Of a DNA stretch of 64,000 nt, positions 37,206 through 48,528 are shown piece by piece (position 1 is the first letter of the stretch; every line of letters starts with the position of its first letter). Origin of the DNA: an uncultured bacterium (GTDB lineage Bacteria; Fidelibacterota; Marinisomatia; SCGC-AAA003-L08; GCA-002704045); NCBI GenBank assembly GCA_964345035.1, contig CAYFPO010000003.1, forward strand, positions 73,329 to 137,328, in the 5' to 3' direction. Made by a program: the position numbers and the translations under genes. Below the pieces are notes generated by a model. It saw only the letters and a list, made by a program, of their open reading frames with translations. It was not told where the DNA came from and ran no database searches.

Positions 37206-39371
37206 TTATGTCCGCTGTTTTTGAAATCCTTTAGATCGTTTTTTGTGTTTATTTCCACTATTAAAGGATTTATTATTGTTACCTTTATAATTATCCGGCT
37301 TAGGCAATAAAGCCTTTATACTAAAATTCAATCGTTTCATGTTGTCAATTTCTTGAAGTTTCACCTTTACTTCATCACCAACTTTTACCACATCTTCAAC
37401 TTTACCAACATGTTCCCAGGCCAATTCAGATATATGCACCAATCCTTCATGTCCTGGTGCAATAGACACAAATGCGCCAAAATCCATAATTTTAACTACT
37501 GTTGCATCGTAAGATTCACCTGGTTCAGGTACAAGATTGTATTTTTCAACAATACTTTTTACCTTTTCCATTGGTTCAGAATCAATTCCCATAATTATAA
37601 CCCTGCCGTCATCATCAACATTAATTTGGCATTCATAATCTTCTATCAGCTTTTTAATATTCTTTCCGCCTGGCCCTATAAAATCACCTATTCTGTCTAC
37701 AGGCAATTCACTTTGTATGATTTTAGGGGCAAATTTTGACAACTGTTTTCGGGGAGATGACAGTTCATCATTCATTTTTTGCAGAATATGTAATCGCCCA
37801 TCTTTTGCTTGTTGTAGTGCCTTTTTCATAATAGGAATGGGTAGTCCATCAATTTTAAGGTCCATTTGTATTGCCGTAATTCCTTTATCAGAACCTGTAA
37901 CTTTAAAGTCCATGTCACCAAGATGATCTTCCGTTCCAAGGATGTCTGACAATATTGCGTAATTATCCTCATCTTCCATAATTAACCCCATAGCAATACC
38001 AGCTACTGGAGTGGTTATTGGTACACCGGCATCCATTAATGACATAGTTGCACCGCATACTGTTGCCATAGAGGATGATCCATTGGATTCCAAAATATCT
38101 GACACAATCCGATAAGTATACGGAAATTCTTCTTGTGTAGGTATCACCCGTTTTAATGCCCGTTCAGCAAGATTTCCATGTCCTACTTCTCTCCTTGATA
38201 AACCCATGAATTTTCTGACTTCACCTACACTGAATGGCGGAAAATTATAATGAAGCATATAATTTTTGTACGATAACCCATCAATATTGTCAAGCATTTG
38301 TTCATCTCTTTTACCACCCAATGTTGTTACCACAAGAGCTTGAGTTTCACCTCTAGTAAAAAGTGCAGAACCGTGAGTCCTTGGAAGAACCTCTGTTTGA
38401 ATGGATATATCCCGAATATCTGAATGCCCCCTTCCGTCAGCTCGAACACCATTAATTGTTTTAGTCCGCAAATCAATGCTGACTTTCTCATTGATGATAT
38501 TTCTGATGGTCTTTTCATCATCTGGATATTCTTCAATCAAATTATCAACTATGGAATCAGTAAATTCCTGTATATCCTGGTACCTTTCGTCTTTCATTTT
38601 AGGGTCATTCAGTGATGAAATATTCCCTTCAATTAAATTTAAAACTGTATCATTCAATTTAGAATCTAATTCAGTCGGAATAAATTCTTTTTTTTCTTTA
38701 CCACATTCTTCAGCTAATTCTATCTGAACTTTTATAATATCTTTAATTGCTTCATGAGCGTATTGAATCCCAGAAAGAAATGTATCTTCAGAAATAAAGT
38801 TTGCTTCCCCTTCTACCATGACAATAGAATCTTTTGTACCTGAAACAATTATCTCCATATCGCTTATCTCAGATTGTTCTTTCGTTGGATTGATAATAAA
38901 TTTATCTTCAATTTTACCGACTCTTACCGATGCAATAGGTCCATTCCATGGAATATCTGAAATAGTCAATGCTGCTGAAGCTCCAATACTTCCTAAAATA
39001 TCAGGATCGTGTTCACCATCATAAGATAGAACATTGATTAAAATCTGAACTTCACACATAAATCCATCCGGAAACAGTGGTCTAATTGGCCTGTCAGTTA
39101 GTCTGGATGCGATTATTTCATCTTCTGAAGGTCTACCCTCTCTTTTAAAAAATCCACCGGGGATTTTTCCTGCAGCATACATTTTTTCACGATAATCGAC
39201 ACTGAGCGGGAAATACCCTAAATCAGTGCTTTGATTCATATTGGATGTTGCTGTTACTAATACAATTGTATCTCCGTAAGTCACCGTTACTGCGCCGTTG
39301 GCTTGCTTAGCCATTTTTCCGGTTTCAATAATTAAATTCTTATCGGAAATATTTATTTCCTTTTTATACAT
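37206..39371 (-). CDS. pnp: polyribonucleotide nucleotidyltransferase (PNPase)
   Basis: 721 aa. Two RNase PH domains, then KH (IGPGGKNIK) and S1 domains. Confidence 0.97.
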   Translation of the reverse strand: MYKKEINISDKNLIIETGKMAKQANGAVTVTYGDTIVLVTATSNMNQSTDLGYFPLSVDYREKMYAAGKIPGGFFKREGRPSEDEIIASRLTDRPIRPLFPDGFMCEVQILINVLSYDGEHDPDILGSIGASAALTISDIPWNGPIASVRVGKIEDKFIINPTKEQSEISDMEIIVSGTKDSIVMVEGEANFISEDTFLSGIQYAHEAIKDIIKVQIELAEECGKEKKEFIPTELDSKLNDTVLNLIEGNISSLNDPKMKDERYQDIQEFTDSIVDNLIEEYPDDEKTIRNIINEKVSIDLRTKTINGVRADGRGHSDIRDISIQTEVLPRTHGSALFTRGETQALVVTTLGGKRDEQMLDNIDGLSYKNYMLHYNFPPFSVGEVRKFMGLSRREVGHGNLAERALKRVIPTQEEFPYTYRIVSDILESNGSSSMATVCGATMSLMDAGVPITTPVAGIAMGLIMEDEDNYAILSDILGTEDHLGDMDFKVTGSDKGITAIQMDLKIDGLPIPIMKKALQQAKDGRLHILQKMNDELSSPRKQLSKFAPKIIQSELPVDRIGDFIGPGGKNIKKLIEDYECQINVDDDGRVIIMGIDSEPMEKVKSIVEKYNLVPEPGESYDATVVKIMDFGAFVSIAPGHEGLVHISELAWEHVGKVEDVVKVGDEVKVKLQEIDNMKRLNFSIKALLPKPDNYKGNNNKSFNSGNKHKKRSKGFQKQRT

Positions 39372-39384
39372 TATTTTCCTTTTT

Positions 39385-39654
39385 TTATTTTCTTAATCCC
39401 AGTTCTGTCCTGAGTTTTTCATATTTCCCTGGATCTTGCTTAATTAGGTATTTTGCCAGTTTTCTTCTCTGTGCTACCATTTTTGTCAATCCCCTTTCAC
39501 CGCTGAAGTCCTTTTTATTTTTCTTTAAATGTTCAGTGATGTTTCTAATTCTTTCAGTTAACAAAGCTATTTGTGCCTCAATAGAACCTGAATTTGATTC
39601 TATTCCGCCAAATTGATTAATTAACTCCATTTTTCTTTCTTTCGTTATAGACAT
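39385..39654 (-). CDS. rpsO: 30S ribosomal protein S15
   Basis: MSITKERKMELINQFG...GSIEAQIALLTERI..HLK.NKKD..S.RGL. The ORF is open to 39669, but the 89-aa form starting at 39654 fits the family and avoids overlap with the ribF stop. Confidence 0.93.
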   Translation of the reverse strand: MSITKERKMELINQFGGIESNSGSIEAQIALLTERIRNITEHLKKNKKDFSGERGLTKMVAQRRKLAKYLIKQDPGKYEKLRTELGLRK

Positions 39655-39668
39655 AAGTCTCCTGTTCA

Positions 39669-40598
39669 TTAAACTTCTAAATATTGCTTACAAACTTCCC
39701 TATCAATTTTCAGTTGACTAATAAGTTCATCAGTTGAATTGAATTTTTTCTCTGGTCTGAGAAACTTTAGAAAAGTGATTTTAATTTTTTCTCCATATAA
39801 ATTGTTGGTGAAATCTTTAAATAAATTTACCTCGATTTCTGCACTCCTTGTATCATTAAAAGTTGGTCTGAATCCAATATTGCACATTCCATTTATAATA
39901 TAGCCTTGAAATTCTGCACGTATGCAATATGATCCATTTGCGGGGATCAATTGATCTTTGTTCACTGGTTCTAAATTTGCAGTTGGAAATGATAAATTCA
40001 CACCTCGACCACTGCCTTGTTTAATTTTACCCACTAATTCATATTCCCAGCCCAGATATTTATTTGCAGATTCAATGTCATTATTTTTAATGCAATTTCT
40101 AATCAAAGTGCTGTTGATAATCTTTCCGTCCACTTCTAATGGCCCCAATAGAATTGAATTATACCCAAATATTTCTTCACGAGACTTCAATAATTGGTAA
40201 TTCCCCTCGCGATTATGGCCAAAATGGTGGTCATGTCCTACGATAATAAACTTTGGATTGAAAAACCGTATTATTATATTTTTGAGGAATTCATCAGCAG
40301 AAATATTAGATATATTTTTTGAGAAAGGAATGACAATGAGATTCTGAATTCCAAATTTTTCAATTAGACTGATTTTTTTTTCTATGGTTGTAAGTAATTT
40401 TTTATTTTTTTGAGGATTTAATATTTGTTGTGGATGAGGATCAAATGTAATAAGCACTGAATCTAGACCATCTCTGGCTATGTATTTAATTTCATTGAGC
40501 AGACTTTGATGCCCTAAATGAATCCCGTCAAAAGTCCCTATACTGACAACACAGTCTTTTTTAGGCTGTAATTCTTTTAGATCTTTGCAGACAACCAT
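39669..40598 (-). CDS. ribF: bifunctional riboflavin kinase / FMN adenylyltransferase
   Basis: 309 aa. IGTFDGIHLGHQ nucleotidyltransferase motif and a C-terminal riboflavin kinase domain (PTANL, E.NLF). Confidence 0.93.
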   Translation of the reverse strand: MVVCKDLKELQPKKDCVVSIGTFDGIHLGHQSLLNEIKYIARDGLDSVLITFDPHPQQILNPQKNKKLLTTIEKKISLIEKFGIQNLIVIPFSKNISNISADEFLKNIIIRFFNPKFIIVGHDHHFGHNREGNYQLLKSREEIFGYNSILLGPLEVDGKIINSTLIRNCIKNNDIESANKYLGWEYELVGKIKQGSGRGVNLSFPTANLEPVNKDQLIPANGSYCIRAEFQGYIINGMCNIGFRPTFNDTRSAEIEVNLFKDFTNNLYGEKIKITFLKFLRPEKKFNSTDELISQLKIDREVCKQYLEV

Positions 40599-41251
40599 TC
40601 TTTTATATTTTCAATTTCAACTGCATCATCCAATAAATAATTTCCAATCCTCGTTCTCTTTAATGTTTTTAATAAACCAACAGTCCCTAAGCATTCAGCA
40701 AAATCTCTTGCAATAGCCCGTATATAGGTTCCACGTCCGCATACAATTCTAAAAGTAAATGAATCCTTTAATATTTTAATAATTTCAAATTCATAAATAT
40801 GTACTTTTCTCGGAGGGATATCAATTTTTATTCCTTTTCTTGCATATGAATATAAAGGTTTACCATTCACTTTTAATGCTGAATATTGGGGAGGTACTTG
40901 ATTAATTTCTCCAATAAAAGAATTAGCAATTGATTGAAGATGCTCTGCATTTAAATTTTGAACAGGCAATTTTTTTGTTACTGGCGATTCAGGGTCAAGT
41001 GTATCTGTGGTTTTTCCCAGCTGTATTTCGCCTGTATATTCTTTTTTCCTGTTCATCAAACTGTTGACCATAGAAGTTGATTTTCCAGTGCAAATTAACA
41101 GCAATCCTTCTGCAAATGGATCAAGGGTACCAGAATGACCAACTTTTTTCTGTTTTACGATACCTCTAACCTTCTTCACAACATCAAATGAAGTCCAATT
41201 CACTGGTTTCCAAACAGGAATTATAGTATTAATGGTATTAGTTTGTGTCAT
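40577..41251 (-). CDS. truB: tRNA pseudouridine(55) synthase
   Basis: 224 aa. KVGHSGTLDPFAEGLL catalytic Asp motif. Confidence 0.93.
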   Translation of the reverse strand: MTQTNTINTIIPVWKPVNWTSFDVVKKVRGIVKQKKVGHSGTLDPFAEGLLLICTGKSTSMVNSLMNRKKEYTGEIQLGKTTDTLDPESPVTKKLPVQNLNAEHLQSIANSFIGEINQVPPQYSALKVNGKPLYSYARKGIKIDIPPRKVHIYEFEIIKILKDSFTFRIVCGRGTYIRAIARDFAECLGTVGLLKTLKRTRIGNYLLDDAVEIENIKEWLSAKI

Positions 41252-41604
41252 TTGTCAATGCGCTTAAGCAATTCATTTATTTTAGATGCATTTTCAAATG
41301 TATCATCATAGTAAAAATTTATCTCAGGAACGTATTTTGTTCTTAATTTTTTACCCATCTGAAAACGAACGTTTTTTTTATTATTATCAAGTTCCATAAG
41401 GATTTCTTCTATAGACAATTTGTTATCAATACAACTTACAAAAATTTTCGCGTGTTTTAGATCTGAAGAAATTTGAACTTTTGTTATCGTTAAAAGGCCA
41501 GTATCTTTAATAAATACTTTATTAAGGAATACATCTCCAAGTATGGATTTGAGCTCATCACCAAGTCGTTCCGCCCTGGTATATGGTTTTATAGAGAAAT
41601 TCAT
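41248..41604 (-). CDS. rbfA: ribosome-binding factor A
   Basis: 118 aa. Sits in an infB-rbfA-truB context and has the ITKVQISSDLKHAKIFV motif. Confidence 0.9.
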   Translation of the reverse strand: MNFSIKPYTRAERLGDELKSILGDVFLNKVFIKDTGLLTITKVQISSDLKHAKIFVSCIDNKLSIEEILMELDNNKKNVRFQMGKKLRTKYVPEINFYYDDTFENASKINELLKRIDK

Positions 41605-44147
41605 GCATGCAATTTTCTTTTAACTTCTTTTATTTCATAGAATTCAATAATATCACCTTCATTGAAATCAATAAACCCTTCTATAGCAATTCCGCATTCG
41701 AATCCTTCAAGGACTTCACTAGCATCGTCTTTAAATCGCTTTAGTGAAGTTAATAATCCTTCGTGAATTATTTCATCTTCCCGTTTAATTCGTAATTTAG
41801 TATTCCGTATTGCTTTACCTGATTTTATATATGAACCTGCAATAGCAGATTTCCTGCCTACTTTAAAGATATTCCTAACTTCTGCAATACCAATTGCAGA
41901 TTCAATTTCATCTGGTGTCAGCAACCCTTCCAGCGCTAATTTGACTTCGTCAACTGCATCATAAATTATCGAATAATTTCTGATATCAATTCCACGACGT
42001 TTTGCTATTACTTTTGCTTCCGGGGAAGTTTTTACATTAAAAGCAATAATAACAGCATTAGAAGCCGCAGACAATCTAACATCATTTTCAGTGATCATAC
42101 CCACGGCTCTATGTATAATGTTCACTGCAACCTCTTTAAATGACAGTGCCATAAGTGAATCACTTAAGGCTTCAATTGACCCGTCTACATCTCCCTTGAT
42201 AATAATATCAAGGTTTTTAATTTCACCTTCAGAAATCTGTTGTCCAATCTGTTCCAATGTGCGGTATTTAAACCTTCGGTGTTCGGCTTCACGTTTGATC
42301 TGCGACCTTCCCAGTGCTATCTTTTTAGCTTCCCGTTCATCGCTCATTACTATAAAATTATCTCCGGCATTTGGTACATCTTCAAATCCGAGCACTTGGA
42401 CAGGATCCGATGGGGTTGCCATTTTTATTCTTTGATTCCGTTCATTCAATAATGCCCGAACTTTAGAATGCTGTGTTCCGCAAACAAAAATATCACCTTT
42501 ATGGAGGGTGCCTTGTTCAATTAATATTGTAGAAATTGGACCAAGCCCTTTGTCCAATCTGGATTCTATAACAGTTCCTTTTGCGGCACCTTCTTTAATA
42601 GCTTTTAGATCAAGTACCTCAGATTCCAGGAGTATTTTATCAAGCAGGTCATCTATCCCATCACCCGTTTTAGCAGAAATATTGGAAGACTGAACTTTTC
42701 CGCCATATTCTTCAACAAGTATATTTTCTTCCGAAAGCTCCCGTTTAATTTTTTCTATATCTGATTGTGGTCGGTCAATTTTATTTATGGCAATAATCAT
42801 CGGAACATCAGCCGCTTGAGCATGATGGATTGCCTCTTTTGTTTGCGGCATTACTGCATCATCCGCTGCAACCACAATAACAACTATATCCGTAACTTGT
42901 GCTCCTCTGGCCCGCATTGCAGTAAAAGCTTCGTGACCCGGAGTGTCAATAAATGTAATTTTTTTGTTATTTTTTACGGTTACTTCATATGCCCCTATAT
43001 GTTGAGTTATGCCGCCTGATTCACCAGCCACCACGTTAGTATCACGAATATAATCCAGCAGAGATGTTTTTCCGTGGTCAACATGCCCCATTACCGTGAC
43101 AACCGGTGGACGAAAAACAGCATCACCAGTTTCTTTCTCTGCCAGAACATTTTCAAGTATATCTTCACCAAATTCTGTATCCGATGAAATTTGAAATTTG
43201 AATTCATCTGCAATCAGCATCAAGTTTTCCATATCCAACCGCTGATTGATAGTTACCATCATTCCCATTTTCATACACGCCATTATTACTTCATTTGATG
43301 GTACAGACATAGACTGTGCTAATTCATCCACAGTACTGAATTCTGGTATTTTCAAAATATGATTTGATATGGTCTCATCAGATTTTGATTCGTGTTTTTT
43401 CTCGACACGCTTTTGTTTCTTTTTCGGAGTTTTTACATCAAATACTGGAAGTGGCTGTTTAGCTTTAATCTTTTCAGGAGTTTTTACTTCTTTCGATTCG
43501 TTCCCCGGCTTTTTAACTTTTCTGTTTTTATTAATCTTGTCTGCAATCGCAGAGATATCTACTTCTTTTAATTTATGACTACCAGACAGTATTTCCTTTA
43601 AAACACGATCTTTGTCTGATTTTTTACCAATTGATGGTTTTTGTTTTCCGGGTTTACCTCTACCTGCTTTGGAATGTACTGAAGGTAAAGAATCAGCTGG
43701 TACTCTGGGTTTTACATCTTTTTTGTCTTTTTTAGGATCCTGAGAAGATTGGTGTTCTTCTCGTTCGAGTTTTAGCCTTTCTGATTCTTTTTTAATTTTA
43801 TCCTTTAATAATTGATGTGCATTAGCATCTTTTTGTTTTTTTGATTCTAATTTCTTAGAAGGTTTTATTGTTTTACTAATTGGAGTTTTTGTTTTTTCAT
43901 CTATATCCTTTTTTCTCCGTGTATCAACAATCGCCTTTCGAGCCTGCTCTTTTCTAAATCTTTCAATTTGAAGTTTTTCTTTTGAAAATTCACCAAGAAT
44001 TTTTTCATAAATCTCAATATCAACTTCGGACATTAAACTCTCTACTTTTATATTTTCATCCTTTAAAAAGGACATAATATCATTGTGAGAAATATTTAAT
44101 TCCTTAGCAATATGAAAAATTCTTTTCTTTTTTACATCTGAGGTCAT
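41601..44147 (-). CDS. infB: translation initiation factor IF-2
   Basis: 848 aa. Lys-rich N-region, G-domain [14 protein letters not shown] / DTPGHEAF / NKID, and C-terminal domains. Confidence 0.97.
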   Translation of the reverse strand: MTSDVKKKRIFHIAKELNISHNDIMSFLKDENIKVESLMSEVDIEIYEKILGEFSKEKLQIERFRKEQARKAIVDTRRKKDIDEKTKTPISKTIKPSKKLESKKQKDANAHQLLKDKIKKESERLKLEREEHQSSQDPKKDKKDVKPRVPADSLPSVHSKAGRGKPGKQKPSIGKKSDKDRVLKEILSGSHKLKEVDISAIADKINKNRKVKKPGNESKEVKTPEKIKAKQPLPVFDVKTPKKKQKRVEKKHESKSDETISNHILKIPEFSTVDELAQSMSVPSNEVIMACMKMGMMVTINQRLDMENLMLIADEFKFQISSDTEFGEDILENVLAEKETGDAVFRPPVVTVMGHVDHGKTSLLDYIRDTNVVAGESGGITQHIGAYEVTVKNNKKITFIDTPGHEAFTAMRARGAQVTDIVVIVVAADDAVMPQTKEAIHHAQAADVPMIIAINKIDRPQSDIEKIKRELSEENILVEEYGGKVQSSNISAKTGDGIDDLLDKILLESEVLDLKAIKEGAAKGTVIESRLDKGLGPISTILIEQGTLHKGDIFVCGTQHSKVRALLNERNQRIKMATPSDPVQVLGFEDVPNAGDNFIVMSDEREAKKIALGRSQIKREAEHRRFKYRTLEQIGQQISEGEIKNLDIIIKGDVDGSIEALSDSLMALSFKEVAVNIIHRAVGMITENDVRLSAASNAVIIAFNVKTSPEAKVIAKRRGIDIRNYSIIYDAVDEVKLALEGLLTPDEIESAIGIAEVRNIFKVGRKSAIAGSYIKSGKAIRNTKLRIKREDEIIHEGLLTSLKRFKDDASEVLEGFECGIAIEGFIDFNEGDIIEFYEIKEVKRKLHA

Positions 44148-44148
44148 T

Positions 44149-45462
44149 TCAGGATTCAGCTACTTCCTCCATAGTATTTTCTGGTTTATTTTTATCATTG
44201 CTATCAGTATCGCCCTCATTCTGTTCTTGTACAAACTCAGTAATTAATTCTGAAATTTTATCAACAGTTTTTTCTCCGAATCCTTTAATAGAAAGCAGAT
44301 CACTCCGATTTGTATTTAAAAATTCTTCACAATTATTGATATTATTATCCAATAATATTGCCAGTTGTGATGGTGTAATTCCTTCAACATCTTTGAGAAG
44401 CTTTTCAGGTGATTCAGCAGGTTTATATTCTGATTTTCTCACAGCGTCAATTGTATACCCGGTAACATCTGATGCAAGTTTAATATTTTGACCATTTCTG
44501 CCAATCGCAATTGGTAATTCGTCGTCATTGAAAATTGCTACAACGTATTTTTTCTCCTCATCTATAAACATATTTACAGGTTTAACCGGCGCCAATGCTC
44601 TAGATATTAAAATTTCCGGTTGATTACTCCAATTAATTATATCAATTTTTTCACCGTTCAGTTCACGTACAATAGCTTGAATTCTACTTCCCCTCATTCC
44701 TACACAGGCACCAACTGCATCAATTCGTTTGTCAGAAGAAAATACAATTATTTTGCTCCTGTCTCCTGCAATCCTGGAAACATCTTTAATTTCGATTATT
44801 CCGTCTTCTATCTCCGGAATTTCCATTTCAAATAATCGCTTCAGAAAAAGATCATCACTGCGGGATAATACAATGTCCGGACCTCTGGGAGTCCAATCAA
44901 TGCTTTTCACAATTGCACGCATTGTATCGCCTCTCCTATATCTGTCGTTCATCATTTGATTTTCAAGTGGTATACGTAATTCTATTTTATCAATATTTAC
45001 ATACACATTATCGCGGTGTATTTGATGAATATAACCCATAACAATTTCTCCAATTTTGGATTCATATTCATCATAGACTACTTGCTTTTCAACGTCCTTT
45101 ATTTTCTGATGTAAATGTTGTTTAGCAGTGTTTACCAACCTCCTGCCAAAATCTGCTGGTGTATATACTTTTATGAATGGATCACCGATAGAGAGGGATT
45201 TATCTACTTGTTGTGCTTCTTCCAAGCTGATTTCAATTACTGAATCAGTAACATTGTCAACGATAGTCATTTCCTGATAAATTTCAATTTCACCCTTTTC
45301 CATATTCACAATTACGCTAAAATTTTCATACCCCTCTCCAAATTTTTTCTCTACAAGGGTCATGAATAAATCCTCGATAATAGTACCAAGATTGGTTCTA
45401 TCAATATTTTTTTCCCGTGCTATCACGGAAAATGCTTCAATAATTGTTTGATTATTACGCAT
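44149..45462 (-). CDS. nusA: transcription termination/antitermination factor NusA
   Basis: 437 aa. N-terminal domain, S1, two KH domains (GACVGMRGSRIQ, AIGRNGQNIKLA) and a C-terminal HhH region. Confidence 0.95.
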   Translation of the reverse strand: MRNNQTIIEAFSVIAREKNIDRTNLGTIIEDLFMTLVEKKFGEGYENFSVIVNMEKGEIEIYQEMTIVDNVTDSVIEISLEEAQQVDKSLSIGDPFIKVYTPADFGRRLVNTAKQHLHQKIKDVEKQVVYDEYESKIGEIVMGYIHQIHRDNVYVNIDKIELRIPLENQMMNDRYRRGDTMRAIVKSIDWTPRGPDIVLSRSDDLFLKRLFEMEIPEIEDGIIEIKDVSRIAGDRSKIIVFSSDKRIDAVGACVGMRGSRIQAIVRELNGEKIDIINWSNQPEILISRALAPVKPVNMFIDEEKKYVVAIFNDDELPIAIGRNGQNIKLASDVTGYTIDAVRKSEYKPAESPEKLLKDVEGITPSQLAILLDNNINNCEEFLNTNRSDLLSIKGFGEKTVDKISELITEFVQEQNEGDTDSNDKNKPENTMEEVAES

Positions 45463-45489
45463 ATCTCCTCAATCAATATAATTTCTTAC

Positions 45490-45523
45490 TAAAAAACAGA
45501 AAGTGGGTATTTTCCCCACTTTC
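45490..45523 (-). terminator. rho-independent terminator / possible attenuator between the TPR gene and nusA
   Basis: Minus-strand RNA GAAAGUGGG-GAAAAUA-CCCACUUUC-UGUUUUUU: a 9-bp stem plus U-tract. Lies 44 nt after the TPR gene stop and 28 nt before the nusA ATG. Confidence 0.75.
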
Positions 45524-45566
45524 GACTGTTAAAATTACGACTTTTTGGTAATTGGCTACAAAATCT

Positions 45567-46235
45567 TTATTGGTTCATTAAATATTCCAATTCACCCAAG
45601 AGTTCCTCTGAATCATTTTTAATATTATACTTTAAATTTTCGGTATCCAGAATGTCTGAAACTATATCATGTGCCAGCTTTATTTGATTATTCAATTTAT
45701 ACCCTCTTGCTGCATTTAATTGATATTGATGTTTGAATGGACCTAATTCAACCGATTTTGACGCATCCAGATATCTGTCAATTGCATCATCGTAATTTTC
45801 CTGGTCCATATGAAGATTACCAATGGTATTCAGAACAGATGACAAGAGTATATCATCTTCAATTTGACTTGCAAGTTCTTCAAACAATATCAATGCTTTT
45901 TCTGATTCTCCGTTTTTAATATGCTCCGTAGCAAGATAAAATTTTGCAAGGTTACTACCGGTCGTGCCATTATAATCATCCGTCGCATTTTGAAATTCAA
46001 TTTTAGCAAGATCTAACTGGGTATCAATATACATATTTTGTGCTTTACCAAAAATTACTGCAGCTTCGTTTTCGTTTGTTTGTAGGGAATTGTTATAAAT
46101 CCAATACCCTGTAACAACGACAGCTATTCCCACAACAGCTTGAGTAATCTTTTTTTGGTTCTTTTTGACCAATTCAATTCCTTGAAAAATGTTCTCACGA
46201 ACGGGATCATGTTTTAATTCTTTTTTGTTAGTCAT
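45567..46235 (-). CDS. membrane-anchored tetratricopeptide-repeat protein (YfgM-like)
   Basis: 222 aa. One N-terminal TM helix (AVVGIAVVVTGYWIY) followed by TPR-like helical repeats. Confidence 0.6.
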   Translation of the reverse strand: MTNKKELKHDPVRENIFQGIELVKKNQKKITQAVVGIAVVVTGYWIYNNSLQTNENEAAVIFGKAQNMYIDTQLDLAKIEFQNATDDYNGTTGSNLAKFYLATEHIKNGESEKALILFEELASQIEDDILLSSVLNTIGNLHMDQENYDDAIDRYLDASKSVELGPFKHQYQLNAARGYKLNNQIKLAHDIVSDILDTENLKYNIKNDSEELLGELEYLMNQ

Positions 46236-46286
46236 TTAATTTCCTTAAAATATTTTTTAATACTGTAAAACCTGGTTTCCGATCGG

Positions 46287-46360
46287 TACCCTCGTCCGGA
46301 ATCGAACCGGAAGCCTTTCACTTAGGAGGCGAATGCTCTATCCTATTGAGCTACGAGGGC
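46287..46360 (-). tRNA. tRNA-Arg (anticodon CCT)
   Basis: Manual cloverleaf: GCCCTCG-TA-GCTC-AATAGGATA-GAGC-A-TTCGC-CTCCTAA-GTGAA-AGGCT-TCCGG-TTCGATT-CCGGA-CGAGGGT-A. 74 nt, G1-U72 pair, no full CCA. Confidence 0.85.
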
Positions 46361-46428
46361 AAAAATGTAAATTTTGTTGAATATTTACGGGCGAAGTTAT
46401 TGCTATATTCTGATAGTAGACAAAGATA

Positions 46429-48528
46429 TTAATGTAGCACTAAAAACTTTTCAGTTTTTATCATTTCCCCTGCCTTGTGAGTCATCAAATACATACCAGA
46501 ACTTACTATATTTCCGCTAAAATCCCTTCCATTCCAGGATAATTGGATGTATTTATCAATTGGAGGGTATTCATTATATAAATTTGCTACTTTCCTGCCT
46601 AAAATGTCGTATATATCTACAGAATACGGTACATTTTCATCTGTTATTACATAGGTATCAACAAAACTATATTGATTGGTATAAAAGGGATTTGGGTGAA
46701 CAATGATCTCATTCAGTGTGTCCTGAATTGCAATAAAACTGGAATCAATAAATGAAATTCTAACAGCCCAATTCCCAATTAATTGATCACCTGATGTAAA
46801 TGTGACATTTTCCAACTTAGAAAATGTATTTCCATTCAAAGAATAATATGAATGTCCATTGTGTATTAAAGATTCGCTGTAACCAATTGCATTATCATAC
46901 ATTTCAATAACCACATAAACAATTTCATTATCAACTAAAATCTCAGAGTCTGTCAAATTGATCTTATTCCAACCAGTGCCGATAGGTGAGCATATATATT
47001 CAAAATATTGTGGAGTGTAAGTAAATCCACCCTTCATTATTTTAATGGTAACCGGTGAATCATTTGCAACATTAATCTCTACTTCAGTCAATAATGCTCC
47101 GGATTCAAATAGAAATGTATTTGCGCCATACCACCCATCTGTATTGCCAATATCAATATATGCAAATATTTCATCATTGTCATAATTAATCTGATTGACT
47201 GAATTTATAGAATCCATCGTTATTGTTGTCTCACTTGCTTGATTTTCAGCATCATGGGTAATAAATGAATACATATATTCATTTCCATAATTATTCTGAG
47301 GAAATATCCAAATTCCCTCCTCAGAGTTTTCCAGAATTTCTTTGATTGTTAGATCTATAAGGCTGCTGGTCTCGCGGGTATTTAATTCTGTGAGTAATTC
47401 TTTCTGTACATTTTCGGGTATAAATATATGCCTGGAAGAATATGCGGGTAGTGTGGGAGAATTTATTTCCACTTCGTCATCTAAATTTAATGTAATATCT
47501 TCCTGGGGCGAAATACCGCTGATACAATCTGTGATTGGATAATTATCAAGTATTATATCCACTATCCATTGATCAAAGAATTGGTCAAATGGAATTTCAG
47601 TAATATATGTAGCATACCAATATTTTACAGATTCCAGCCGATTATATTCTGCATCCAGAAAAATCTGTTGAATAAAGGGTAGTCCCAGTTCGTCATTTTC
47701 GTAAAGATACTGCATAAATAATGCAGATTTTGAATAATATGGAAGAGTATTCGCCCCCCATTCATCAAGACCGATCTGTGTATCTGCAAGAAAATGGCCA
47801 TAATTTCTGTGACCTAATCCCAAGATTGACGGTGCAAGATCTGCCAATCCTTCATCCAGCCAAGGATTCCCAACCGCTTCATTTGGATCAGAATTATAAT
47901 GGAGTAAATGCTCATACTCATGAGCCAATGTATACATTGCTTCTTCAGGGTTATTGGAGGTTATATCAACAGGATCACAGTCAATATATATGATATCCAT
48001 CTCATTACTCGTAGGTGAATTGGTTTGGTCATTTTGATCAAAATAACCTGCCACATAATTTCCGGAGCCGGAAAAGTTATCACGGACATCCAATATCAAA
48101 ATATTGACTATTTCTGTGCCGTCTTTATTTGGTGGTGGACCAAATAAAGATTCCTCAGCAGATTTGATTCCAAATTTATGTTCAATATGATTAGCAAAAG
48201 GGGTTTCGGCGGTAAAAATATTCACAAGGTTGGTCAACCCTGCCGGTGAAATATACTCTGAGTTATTTTTTGACGACTCTATAAAAAACCTGGAATTCTC
48301 ATTTTCTGCAGCGAGGTCAAATTCTACGCATTCAAAATAATAATCACCGGTATTAGGCTGGAGAACATTCTTACGGATCTTGAATTGATTACTGTCGCAT
48401 TCCAGGTATTGGCGTGAAAGATATTCTCCTTGAATCAGGTCAGAATTTCCACACAGTCCGTATTGAGTATAACAAATTGAAATTAATGATATACTGATTC
48501 CAATGAATTTAATCCGAATGTTCATCAA
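46429..48528 (-). CDS. secreted gluzincin-type zinc metalloprotease with T9SS C-terminal sorting domain
   Basis: 699 aa with a signal peptide. HEYEH-x18-E (AHEYEHLLH...WLDEGLA) is the HEXXH-X18-E signature. The C-terminus HPNPF...SGMYLM...KFLVLH is a T9SS CTD-like beta-sandwich. Confidence 0.7.
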   Translation of the reverse strand: MMNIRIKFIGISISLISICYTQYGLCGNSDLIQGEYLSRQYLECDSNQFKIRKNVLQPNTGDYYFECVEFDLAAENENSRFFIESSKNNSEYISPAGLTNLVNIFTAETPFANHIEHKFGIKSAEESLFGPPPNKDGTEIVNILILDVRDNFSGSGNYVAGYFDQNDQTNSPTSNEMDIIYIDCDPVDITSNNPEEAMYTLAHEYEHLLHYNSDPNEAVGNPWLDEGLADLAPSILGLGHRNYGHFLADTQIGLDEWGANTLPYYSKSALFMQYLYENDELGLPFIQQIFLDAEYNRLESVKYWYATYITEIPFDQFFDQWIVDIILDNYPITDCISGISPQEDITLNLDDEVEINSPTLPAYSSRHIFIPENVQKELLTELNTRETSSLIDLTIKEILENSEEGIWIFPQNNYGNEYMYSFITHDAENQASETTITMDSINSVNQINYDNDEIFAYIDIGNTDGWYGANTFLFESGALLTEVEINVANDSPVTIKIMKGGFTYTPQYFEYICSPIGTGWNKINLTDSEILVDNEIVYVVIEMYDNAIGYSESLIHNGHSYYSLNGNTFSKLENVTFTSGDQLIGNWAVRISFIDSSFIAIQDTLNEIIVHPNPFYTNQYSFVDTYVITDENVPYSVDIYDILGRKVANLYNEYPPIDKYIQLSWNGRDFSGNIVSSGMYLMTHKAGEMIKTEKFLVLH

